Source of the DNA: Haliotis rubra
Lineage: Eukaryota
Reading direction: 5' to 3'
NCBI RefSeq assembly: GCF_003918875.1
Contig: NW_025767079.1
Coordinates: forward strand, 6,448,001 to 6,512,000
DNA: 64,000 bases
The position numbers were made by a program, and so were the translations under genes. The notes under the pieces are model-generated. The model had not been told where the DNA came from, made no database searches, and saw only the letters and a program-made list of their open reading frames with translations. Below are positions 23,851 to 35,496 of the stretch, piece by piece; position 1 is the first letter of the stretch, and each line of letters opens with the position of its first letter.

Positions 23851-25443
23851 ATGCAGAACCATTTTCGTACTAATTTACCTTTACTGAAAGGTGCGGCGTT
23901 TGGAAAGGACAACTCAAATTCCGTAACCCCACACGTCTCGTCGTCATGTGAATTAAATTTCCTTCCTCGACAACAGTTCCACGAACGCAGGATCGATGAA
24001 ATAGACAACAAATATTAAAGAGTGACACTGATTTAAATAATTCAGCCTTGAATATGATTTCCTCGATACTGACAAGGCTATATAAAACTACAATTGATGA
24101 ATTTTGAGTTCAGGTCCACAAGTAAAAGATAAAATGATAATAAAAAATATTAATACCAGAAGGTGATTTATTTTGTCTTCTTTTTTTGGTTTGAATGACG
24201 TCATACGATATTGATTGAATCATGCGAATTAGAAAATCCTCGCACGTTACTGGAACATCACCATGGCGTATGCAATGCTAGAGTAATTGAGAATAGTTCA
24301 GTTTCACGTTTTGTTAATTACTGTAATCACGTCATTAATGGATCGCTTACGGAATGAATCACATATCATTTGTAAGAGGATCGGCGTGGAAATCTGGAAA
24401 AATACACAGATCCTGTGAAATAATCGGAATTTTGTTTAATAGGTTTGCTATAAATGCATCAACGATCGCGAATCATTGCCACCTTATTTCCGTGGCTTTG
24501 TTAGAAAGCTTTTAAGTTATTATTAATATACATTATAATCTAATATTCTAATTGGTACATTGAACAATAAATAATATCAAGTATCACCACAGTTAGAGAA
24601 ACAATAAATGACGGTGTTTGATAACGTCTGCCAATTTCTGGCGAATCGATAGACAATCCGAAAAATCCTGATTATGTTTGCGTCAGAGAATTGTAAATAG
24701 TACGTCTCATGATTCCGCCTCAGTGGCTTCAAGTGATTGTCAAGTTCTGGCTTGATCATAAAACTAATTACGACATTACGATATTGTTAAAGGAACCAGC
24801 GAAGCGGTATAACGTAGGTGATATTACGCTATCACGTGACGCGGTCGACCATGTTGAAGAGAATGACTTTACAAGATCAAAGCTAGCAATTTATGGCCAG
24901 CCGCACTTGCGAACCCGAATTTCAACCAAGCGCACTTTACAACCTTGGTTGTCGTAAAATGGAGCTCTTATTGTGTACGTTTTAATATGTTTGCTTGTTA
25001 TTCTGTCATAAACTAAAAAGGGAATAAACATGTTTTTATTAAATCCCGACTGCCTATTATTGGAAAACATACAACTTTATGGGTAGCAAGTTCCTGTTTG
25101 ATGAATATTGGGACGTTTCAATGTTGATTCTTGCACCGCTATCAAACTGTTGAACAGAGGACAGATCTGAATAGTTTAGTATTTTAGTGATTATGAAGCT
25201 ATCCGTCTCGGGCGTTACGGTTTATCTATTAGTATAGTTACCCGTTAGAATTGTGACAAATTGCTAAGAATAAACATAACAGAATCTAAAAACTTGACAC
25301 ATTGTTCTAAAAATATTTAAGAGTTGTTCATGCAATCAGAACACACGAAACTAGAGGAAACAATATAAACTTATTGAAGAAAACCTGCGTGGGTATAATT
25401 GTTGAGGCCGGCCCGTGTGCCCTTTGTTGTGATACTGCTTAGT

Positions 25444-25671
25444 TTCTTTGATGGGCATTTCAGAAGTTAAGTTGATGAAGAATGATGACAATTTTTATGG
25501 ATATACAATTTCTTTTATTCTGTGAAGGGCGGCGTTTCGACATAGATTCTAATGTCGTTGTCAAGCAAGTTGCCACTCACACTTGCTTGACAACCACATA
25601 AGAATCTATGTCGAAACGTCGCCCTTCACAGAATAATAGAAGTTGTATATCCATAAAAAATGTCATCATTC
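25444..25671. mobile_element. Palindromic Penelope-like element with two inverted hammerhead-like motifs
   Basis: ~91-bp inverted arms (25480-25570 and 25581-25671) around a 10-nt spacer; each arm reads GC-TTGACAA-C-[G/C]ACAT-loop-ATGTC-GAAACG[T/C]C-GC. Confidence 0.75.
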
Positions 25672-25823
25672 TGCTTGAATATTCACGCACTTAAGATATT
25701 TTCCACTTTGACGGCAAATGTAATCGTGTCTGACTAAACCAGTGATTGATATTCTGAGCCAAGTTACACGCCATTCAGGTACGATGCTGCCCAATGAAAT
25801 AAATCACCGAGCCAGACCCTCCG

Positions 25824-26275
25824 TACTCAGTCTCACAGTCCTTGAACCATATTATTTCCCCTGCAGCATATCCACCTGCAATGCCAAAGTCCTAAATGAA
25901 ACAAGTTTAGATCTCTGGCTCCGATTTCTCGAAACAAACTTAAGTTTTTACTCAAATATCAAACTGAGTATGACAATTAAGAACAGCTGAATTTTTAACT
26001 CAACTGCATTTTAAAATAAAAAAGCCCGTTAACTTAAGTAATCTGTATACCAAACTCTACTAAGTCTCAGTTTAATATCGAGTTGAGTTCATTCTGGGAA
26101 CTGCATTTTCCTGCGTTTTCTCAAATTTGAGTCAAAACTCTAACTTAGTAAAAACTCAGACTTAAGTTTGTTTCGAGAAATCAGAACCTGGTCTCCCTGG
26201 GGCTCCTTTTCAGTTAAAATGGGTCTATTTGTTACAATCAAAATTATATATATTTAGTGACTAAGCGTTAGTTTA
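25824..26275 (+). mobile_element. Family E DNA element (9-bp TSD), split by a nested Harbinger-like MITE
   Basis: E 5' part 25824-25917 and 3' part 26188-26275; degenerate TSD GACCCTCCG / GACTCTCAG. Confidence 0.75.
25918..26187. mobile_element. PIF/Harbinger-like MITE (family F)
   Basis: ~28-bp TIRs (GCTCCGATTTCTCGAAACAAACTTAAGT); 3-bp CTG TSD; second copy at 61528-61787 also CTG-flanked. Confidence 0.8.
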
Positions 26276-27046
26276 GACTCTCAGATCCACCCAGTCGAAC
26301 GGAAACTCAAAATAGGACTTCTAAAACCTGCCTCCTTTTAATGCAGTTAGGTGACACATTGTGGTGCAACTGTTAAAATTCAGCGTCAAACCAAACTCAC
26401 TCACCTACACATAAATCCTGGAGTGTTAATCAACAGTTCAAAGAGGGCAGTTCAACCTACTCTCCGTCGATGCACACAAATGTACCTTGACTACTCTTAA
26501 TGACTGGGTTCCGTCTAACGTGACTGTTCAAGCGTATGGCGAACGCAGCCTGTCATGCCTGTCGTTAGAACCGCTTTAAAAAATCAATTCCTTGCTGAAC
26601 AAAATCACGAACGCTGGAGACAGATAAAGAATCATGACAGTCACGATGAACCAAATCATGTTTTATTGCACAAAATCGCTACACCCAAGTACCCACGTCT
26701 AAAAAAAAGGTAATTCTGAACGAAATGCAAGGGCTGGCTTTCAAACCGATTTTTATATTTCTCTTAATTATGGACATAAATTCTCATTATCTGGTCGAGG
26801 TATTTCCCCTTAATATTTGTGGGGCAATTATTCCTAAATTACCCTGTCAAATACATTATGTGGCCGTTGACGTCATGCTAGAACGCTATAGTTGTGTTAG
26901 TAACCTTTGACTTCAAGGGTAGAGAATTGTCAGGACTGCATTGAAAATATAAACATTTTTTCGAATCCTTTATGAACATTATTCCTAACATTTGTTCAAA
27001 TGTATCAAGAACAATCAAAAGCAACAAAGTAAAACTAGGCTTTGAG

Positions 27047-27048
<2 letters not shown>

Positions 27049-27078
<30 letters not shown>
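27049..27078 (+). repeat. (CAT)n microsatellite
   Basis: Direct reading; source of the poly-His in ORF 26972..27298. Confidence 0.95.
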
Positions 27079-27080
<2 letters not shown>

Positions 27081-27594
27081 TAGCAGGGCCAATAATCAAT
27101 GTTTGGTGTAATGTCGATCAGGAGAATGTTTCAGGTATACACATTTCACTGTGTGTCAACTTGACTTGGGAAGTCAGAATTGATGAAGGTCTCAGGGATT
27201 TACCACTATTATGGCATAAACCTAATCAGGTCGAACTGCAATTGAACACCCGATCCTGCCCACGTTTAAGGGACGCAGCTTCCCTCAGAAAGGAGTGAGT
27301 GAGTGAGTGGGTAAGTGAGTGTTTTACGCTTTTCGCAGTATTCAACGATAAGACCTGGGACAGGAAAATCAAACACGGTGCTCTGGAGTGACGAGTGACA
27401 TGACAGACCTATCTGATCTCAGACGGGTGACAGATACCTCAACCAAAAACAAGGGTGAACAGTCACTAGTCGCTGAATCTTCAATAATTGCAGCCGTACC
27501 GCAGTGTACATTAGCAAGCATGGACAACCAATATTTCCTCCAATCAATGCGCGCAGACACATTGAGCGGGATGAGTCAAACAATCTCCCCTCCT

Positions 27595-27745
27595 TAGACT
27601 GACGCTTTGTCTCTGAATATATAATTTTGATTGTAACACATAAACCCAATGAAATTGAAAAGGAGCCCCGGGGAGACCAGAGAAGCTGGGGAAATCTAGA
27701 CTTGCTTCATTTGGGGCTTCAGCACTGCAGGGAGGGCTAGGCAGT
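27595..27745 (-). mobile_element. Family E DNA element, truncated
   Basis: Reverse complement of the family E 3' two-thirds (tagactgacgct...gaaaaggagcccc-gggagaccagag...gcactgcagggagggc). Confidence 0.75.
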
Positions 27746-28789
27746 TGTCATTCATTTTAATTTTGATTTTCTAAAGGCAAAAATCGAAAACGTTTTAAAA
27801 TAGTTTGCATTATAATTGAATCGAAAAGCCGAGCGTTCTTGAGTTCTTGACATAAATAACCGTTTCTTGCGTTCTTGACTTAAGGATTCACGTCTTGAAA
27901 TCTTGAAAGCAGCCATCACACGTTGAGCTCTTGACATAAGTAATCATTTCTACTGTTCTTGACATAACTGGAAATTATTTAAATGTTTTTCAACATTTGT
28001 CAAGTTCTCGAATTCATTAAAAACGTTAAACGTTTATCGTGATAAAAATTTAAATCCCTCTCACCCCATCAATGTTAACACTCATATGCAAGGTCAGTGT
28101 TCGAAGATTTAAACGTCAAAAACACTTTGTTTACAAATGTTCCGCCATCCCCACGGCCTAACCCTCCGCCTGTGTTTACGGAAGGAGACAAAACACTCTA
28201 CACCGTCACACCCATAGGCGCACAGTCTACACCAGTGCAGAATGTCCTGGCTATCGATGTGGGAATTCCCCTTTCGCACGATCCTTATCGGTGAAAGCAC
28301 AAACAGAAGCGGTTACGTGCACTTTGTTGTGTCATCGAGTCCGCAGCAGCCAAGTCACGTAACTAAGGATCACCGTTCGTGACATAATACACGTGATCGA
28401 TTTGTACAGAGGATAGAGACGAAGACGGTCATGTGCGGACGTTGACCTCTGTGGTTTCAAGACGGTCTGACGTATTTGGGTCTGACGTTTGTTTGTTGAT
28501 TAAATTCGTATGTCTACGTTTTGCATAAAAAAAGAGAAAATGTCTTTGTTGTAATATATCTTTGCAGTGTAGCCGTACACCGGCATTTATGGGCCAGTCA
28601 GTACTTCAGAATTTGAAATTGGTTGTTTGTAATAATGGCCGTGAAACAAAGAATACCAAAATGGAATCCGCCTGAGATAATTTAGGGATTTCCTCATACT
28701 TAGAATTTCCACGTTGTGATACACGTATGAGTGTTTTGAACTTCCTGTTTGTCAGCTTCTATTCTTCCAGAGTTTTCTTTAACAGTTTG

Positions 28790-28935
28790 AATGAGTGAGT
28801 TTAGTTTTACTCCGCTGTTAGCAATATTCCAGCAATATCATGGCGGTGGACACCAGAAATGGGCTTCACACATTGTACTCATGTCGGGAATCGAACCCGG
28901 GGTTCCGGCGTGACGAGCTAACACTTCAACCCATA
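28790..28935 (-). mobile_element. Family A SINE
   Basis: Reverse-complement match, moderately diverged. Confidence 0.85.
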
Positions 28936-29020
28936 GGCGTTAACCCACGTATGACTGAAATGCAGTTCTTCCCGACCTCAAACCAAACTTAATCGCTCAA
29001 AATGAATATTAGTTCTCCTA

Positions 29021-29125
29021 GATGGTGATGATGATGATGCTAATGATGATGATGGTCAGGTGGTGGCGGGGCGACGACATGATGACGACGACGAAGACGA
29101 TAATGATGATGAAGGGGAGGAGGAG
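29021..29125 (+). repeat. Degenerate (GAT/GAC)n microsatellite
   Basis: Direct reading; source of the acidic ORF 29060..29302. Confidence 0.8.
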
Positions 29126-29804
29126 CAAGTTGAAAATATAGAAGCTCCACCCTCTTCATTTAGTACACTGCATCGGGTGCACTGTTTTGACCATGTCCAC
29201 TTCGGTTCAGTTCATGTTCCAGTTTATCCTGGAAGTGGTTTTAGCGTCCAAAAACACCAACGCTTGAAAGAACAAAGACATCTCAGAAGGACTTCCTTTT
29301 AAATCGGTCGACATATTTTTTATAAACATTGGCTTTTCAGACTTAACCGGATTACCTTAAGCCAATTAGGCCAAAATGTTCATAAGAGTTAAAGTGGCTT
29401 TTTAAATATCCAAAATCAATGCCTGTCAGTTTACGAATCCACGGTAATTAGCGTCCCCAAGGACAACGTAAGACGAATGAGGCCATTTCTGTTGACGAAT
29501 GTACCAGTAATAGTGTCAGACTAGCGAACAGCCTCATTCCCTACAGAATTCAAGAGGCGGTGACAAGTTTATAGCATCCATATTTTACCTTCGTGCTTAT
29601 GTACCTCATTGCAAACCGGCCCCAAGCCGACAGGGATTATCATTACCGGTGTAACATCAGGGAGAAGACACGACCATCTTCAGTACACATGAACTCCACA
29701 GCGATGTTGATGGCAGTCAGGTCAAGTGGTTGTTGATAAATCGTAAAATCGAGCACTGATAAATCTGTCCACTCAGTTCAAGTCAGTTGTAACAACAGAA
29801 TTTC

Positions 29805-30012
29805 GACCCGTGAAGACCTGGGTTAGAATTAGTCTTCAGTAACCCATGCTTGTTGTAAGAGACGGCTTACGGGATCGGGTGGTCATGTCATCGTATCCCA
29901 ATTGCTCATGCTGTTGACCACTGGGTTGTCTGGTCCAGACTCGATTATTTACAGACCGCTGTCATATAGCTGGAATATTACTGAGTGCGGCGTTAAACGA
30001 CAAACCAAACCA
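29805..30012 (+). mobile_element. Family B retroposon with internal deletions
   Basis: GACCCGTGAAGACC head and shared tail. Confidence 0.85.
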
Positions 30013-30411
30013 ACGAAAAAATCTCAGATCATTGTTGTTATTGTCAGGTCATACTTTCAACATTTTCTAAAAAATTTAATAAATGCTAAAAAAAATGTTC
30101 TTCCCTTAATATTGAAAATAAAACCTTTTTGCATGACAACGTTGTTACTTTATGAACACAACTTTAATGTTACGACAGTATCTCTCGAACCGAAATGTAT
30201 ACTATGCCCATTTCAACTCTCCCTATGAGGAAACTGACATGCAGGATGAACTGAACAAATTGATAGCAATAAAATCGCCATCGTAATAACCTAGTTATTG
30301 TAACGAGTTGTGTATATATTTTATGATATGAAACATTCGTTATACTGTGATCAAATCACGATGAGCTTTCCAATTAACGCCTCGCAAGACGTTTGTGTGA
30401 CGAGTGTATTT

Positions 30412-30597
30412 TTCAAAGCTCATTTGCAAAGTTCACACAAACTTTGGTTGTTGTTTTTTGCAAAATCGTCATAAAGGTTGATGACTGAACTCTTATGACA
30501 AAGCTATTTCAAAGCTCATTTGCAAAGTTCACACAAACTTGGGTTGTTGTTTTTTGCAAAATCGTCATAAAGGTTGATGACCGAACTCATATGACAA
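30412..30597 (+). repeat. Near-perfect 96-bp tandem duplication
   Basis: ttcaaagctcatttgcaaagttcacacaaac...tatgacaa starts at 30412 and again at 30508. Confidence 0.9.
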
Positions 30598-30825
30598 CGG
30601 AGGCAAACTGACGAGGCGTTGAAAAGAACGGCTTTATAAAATATGTACAGGTCCGTCTTAGAACATCGTGGCGATCGTCACGTTTCGACACTTTCCGTAA
30701 AGTGCACGCAGACTCTTCACCCTATCAATGGCATGTAGGAAGCACAACAAAGCAATTAGAATGTTTATATGCCTATATATGTATTCGGTCAAAACAGGGA
30801 GGCCATACTTTTTCAGACCCTTTAG

Positions 30826-31066
30826 GACCCGTGAAGATCTGGTTTAGAATAGATCTTCAGCAACCCATGCTTATCGTAGGCAGCTAACGGGATCGGGTGG
30901 TCAGACACGCTGACTTGGTTGACACATATCATCGTATCCCAATTGCGTAGATCGATGCTCATGCTGTTGATCACTGGATTGTATGGTCCAGACTCGATTA
31001 TTTACAAACCGACGCCATATAGCTGGAATACTGCTGAGTGCGGCGTAAAACTAAACTCACTTACTC
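30826..31066 (+). mobile_element. Family B retroposon
   Basis: Full-length head, body and tail. Confidence 0.87.
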
Positions 31067-31584
31067 AAACTCTTTAAGTCAAATGTTCTCTGCTTACTAT
31101 CTGGTAGTTCCACGGGAGATCCAGTTGTCTTAGGCGGTCGTCGTATTGATGGAATATTGCTGAATATTGTCAAACAACAAAGAAGAGTTGGCGGAATGTC
31201 GCATAAACATTTTGATGTCGTTGTGGAAGCTGCTGACGTTATCTGTAGTCGTTGTAGCTGTGGCTGGAGTGCGAGTCACTGCGGCAGCAACAACAGAGCA
31301 AACGATTGTCATCGACAGCTGCTGTTTTAGAAGAAGTAATAGAATTAGCCATACTTGTACTGTGGAGTCGTGATGGCAATCAGCAAGGACGGATGCTAAC
31401 AGCAGTGACAGTAACAGAAGCGGCTTCAGCTACGACAGCATAAGGGGCAGCAACCTCTGACTGCGTCATCTCTAATATAGATGTTACAGCTGCAACGTTA
31501 GCGTCAGACAAGACGCAAGATGAAAAAGGCGTAAAAAGCAGCATAGTGGCGACAAGGAGAGAAGCTGTGGCGTAAATCAGCAAC

Positions 31585-31775
31585 TAATAATGATAATAAT
31601 GAAGATAATTTATAAAGATCCTGTTTCCACGCACTTGTGGATGCTCAAAGCGCTGGCACATTAGTATCCCAGATAACCCAAGCTGCCTGTTAGGCGCCAC
31701 AAGGTTATAGTCACATGACTTATCCCACCGGGTACCCATTTCCTGCTGGGTGAACAGAGGCAATTTTGAACAAAC
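31585..31775 (-). mobile_element. Deu/Nin-like SINE (family C) fragment
   Basis: Reverse complement of 4550-4740. Confidence 0.72.
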
Positions 31776-33024
31776 TACGCCGGCATCCAAAACGGCGCTA
31801 GCAGCAACAACAACAGTATCTGTAACACCAACGACGCCAGAAGAATGGGTGAATGAGTGAATAGAGTTTTACACCGCTGATCGTCATTATCATTATTGTA
31901 ATTATTATCATTAACTTAACTCGTCGTTCCTTTAAAATCCTACTCCAACCGAAACATCGAGTCACCACCAAAACATCTATCGACAATGAGAATCTGAAGG
32001 TGGCCGACGTCATTGATTAACAATAGATCAGTTCGGACGCACTAACCTACCTACCCGAACCACGTGACACCTGACAACACTTGTTGGGGTCCACGCACTG
32101 ACCCAGTTATTGTCCCTGAATGACACACCGTCCTCAAGTCTTGATACGACGCCGTGGAGAGACAGTTACAAATGGCTTGGTTACCACTGGTATGGAAAAA
32201 TTGCCGTCGGCAACGTATATGATTGTTATTTTAAGGGAAAGTAATTTGTCTGTTAGGTGTCCGTAAAGTTATAAGGGCGGTAGGTGCGGTGGGGTAGCCT
32301 AGTGGTTAAAGCGTTCGCTCGTCACGCCAAAGACCGGGTTCAAACCGAAACATGAGTCTCATTAACCTATTCAGACAATGACCTACTTTTCAGCCGATCC
32401 GAATTTTCTCGTGTGAAAGTGAAAAGACAGACCACAAACAACTATGGTTACACTGAATTCCAATTCCTTGTTTCATACGAAAATGGTATTTACAAGTAAT
32501 TTTTAATTTTAAACTTTAATAAAATCGTATTTCTATATTTTATGTCGAGGTTCAGGCCGCATGACTTTAACTAAGACGTCACAGACTGACCCTGTTTGAT
32601 GAGATCGTAAAATGATTCACAATTCATCTGGCTCACTGGTTACACCTGTTATGTGTTTATGTGCTTATCCAATACGGTTTTGTAATGCACAATGTGATCG
32701 ATATAATATCAAGTCCGTACCAGACCGCCAAACTTTTCTAGCGGCGGAGCCTCGTTTCGAGATTTCCACGATTTCCAGATTTCCGTTTGTCAGAGCACGC
32801 TGTACGACAGAGCACGCTGCACGACGTGTTTGCAAGGATTAGAAGGAGCGTAGTGTTGCAATATACTAGTGCTCAGATGTATCAAATAATACTGATTAAT
32901 ATTTATGTATCCAGTTGAATGAATTGTTCCCCAAATTCTGGACTGGTTATTGTACTAAATCGCGTAATAAGACGAGACCCAGCCAGCAGGAAACGAGACT
33001 GTTGTGTAATCAATGTATTGACTT

Positions 33025-33132
33025 GCGATTCCCCACATGGACGCAATGCGTGAAGCCCATTTCTAGTGTCCCCGTCGTGATATTGCTGGAATATTGATAA
33101 AAGCGGCGTAAAACTAAACTCACTCACTCACT
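33025..33132 (+). mobile_element. Family A SINE, 3' part
   Basis: cgattccccacatgg...aaaactaaactcactcactcac; an isolated A head lies at 32285-32345. Confidence 0.8.
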
Positions 33133-33902
33133 ATTAGGGCAGTAAGTGTTGAGATTGCTCCGTGTCGGTCTCATCGGAGACCTGTGTTCTGGTTTACGTG
33201 TACCAGATTACAAATAATAGGGGTCCTTGTGTGCTGTCCAAGACATATATGACTGACAAAACCAATCGCCACGTCACAGTCATTTCTTGTAAAAATCAGA
33301 TCTTGTTGTTGCAACGTAATAGTTATAAAAAGGCTATCGTGCATGACAAAAATGTCTGCGTAAAAACCTGTCCCTGGTTTGAGTGAGACACTTTGTTTAA
33401 AATTTACATTGATTCAAGTTGCGATCCATTTGATAGTCTATTTATAGCCGGTAACCATACTGGAACCTCCCCTTTTGTTTGATCTATTAATTCCGCTGAT
33501 GCAGAGAGAAATGAGAGAAACGGTTTAGATACATACCATGCGTTACAATTAATTACAATACACGCTATACATGCAACTCGGCGCAGCTCACTAAAATTTA
33601 TATTCAGTACATAAGGTTCAATGTCAGTGCAGGATTTGAATTGTTCATATGTTGATTTGTTGACATTTATTGAAGTGCGAGTATCACATAAATGTCAACA
33701 TAAATGTCATGAAGGTGTTGTTTCATTACACCTATTATTCTCTCTTTCGTGAATAATTTCTAAATTGTAACTGATTTGTCTTATCTCCTGGCCGTAGATT
33801 TACAGTTGTGTTCAGGTGAATTAGTAACCCCAGTACACATTCTGTCACGTGACTGCTTTCAAACTGTACCAACAGTCTAAATCATTGGTATGTGTGTGTA
33901 CT

Positions 33903-34048
33903 TGAGTTTAGTTTTACGTCGCTTTTAGCAAAATTCCGGCAATATCACCAGAAAATGGGCTTCACACATTGTATACTTGTGGGGAATCAAACCCAGGTCT
34001 TCGGCATGACGAGCGAACGCACTAACAACAAGGCTATCCCACCGCCCT
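33903..34048 (-). mobile_element. Family A SINE, diverged
   Basis: Reverse-complement match. Confidence 0.8.
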
Positions 34049-35496
34049 TCATTGGTATGTACTTACCAGTAGGTAAGGCGTAGCCCATATCCCAATCAAC
34101 AGCAAAACTGATTTTACGTTGACCCAGATAAAGACGACAACGTTTGTTACATTTTAATGGCTTGTATATATCATTTGCTGATCTAAGATACGTCTTGGTC
34201 AACCAGAGATTCGTGCAACTTAACAGATCCATATGCAATATGTGGCATATGGTGTCTTAAATGAAATAGAAACAGACCCTTCAAAAGTTAGCTGGTTGTT
34301 TTATTGTTCTCAAGACAGTTTGCATGTTTTTCCAAATCCGCGTGGGATCTGGCTTAAACTGGTCAGAACTGGTAATCCTAATCCGCTTGTTTTCATTCCA
34401 CAGGTATTTTCCGTCGACGTAGGTGTATGTGCACTTATCTACGTGCCCCTGTAACAATGTTGCACCTGGATACACAACCAACGAGCAAGCAGGGGTTAAA
34501 CAAATACTGCTGGCCCAGATTTTTGACGTTTGTTTCGGGCGAGTGGAAGCCCACGCGACAAGATGAGACCGCAAGGTCTCAGACAAGGCGCCCCGCTTGA
34601 CTCTTGTTTTTTTAACCGAGAAAGTAAATGTTTGTCAGACAACGTTTGTTGTAAATATTGAAATTTTTTCCGGTTTGATCCACAAACAAAAACTGGTAAT
34701 TATTTTTCTATTGTAAAAGCTGTTTTCACATTACTCTGTCGATGCATTGTATCTGATACACCATTGGGTTTATTTCGTGTGATTTGTTTCTATTCGATGC
34801 TGACTACACGTTTTTTCGGTTGCTTGTTTTTATCATCCTGAAATATACACGGTTTTCGCTTACTTCGCTGCTACTCCGAAACCCCTTTCGATTTAATTGC
34901 ATGTGCTTTCATCTACCGAGGATAAAGAATCTACTTGAAAACGAATCAGGACAAAACAAGTGTCATCTATTTTTTAATTATTCCCCTTAAACCCTCGGAA
35001 ATCCTTTATGACGTTACAAGTTTCCATGACAACTATTGATAAACGTTCTCGTTTGATTGATTCCACTCATGAGCAAAGGGAAGGAAATAAATATTTTAAG
35101 ACAGACCCATAGAGCGCTTAAAAAAACCTGTATTCGTAACCACTTTTCAATGTTTTTACGACTCATTACTGCCTTGTAATGCAAATACAATGTGGATGGG
35201 TGAGTAAATGAGTTGGCTAAACTCAGTTTTAAACGATTTTTAGTGTTGTGTTAGCTTATAGTTTGCCTGTTGGTTGAATGTCGAATATATGTGCAATGTT
35301 ATGCTGATCTTGAACGCTTATTGCCTTTGTGAAATCCACAATGGTGGTCTCAAACACAGCATCACCATGGGGGGTTGCATCACACCACAGAAATTGGGTC
35401 CTGGTTCGACCAAGATACACAACTCACGGCACCGTATAATTCATGCCCAACCTGTGTGTGAAGTGACTGCCAAGAATACTTAGTGATATGATAGTG

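Noticed and set aside
26972-27298. Poly-His protein
   Set aside because: (CAT)n microsatellite in otherwise non-coding sequence
29060-29302. Acidic-domain protein
   Set aside because: Degenerate (GAT/GAC)n tract with no other coding signal
31130-31600. Ala/Val/Thr-rich membrane-protein ORFs
   Set aside because: Decayed (GCA/GTC)-type simple repeat between SINE fragments
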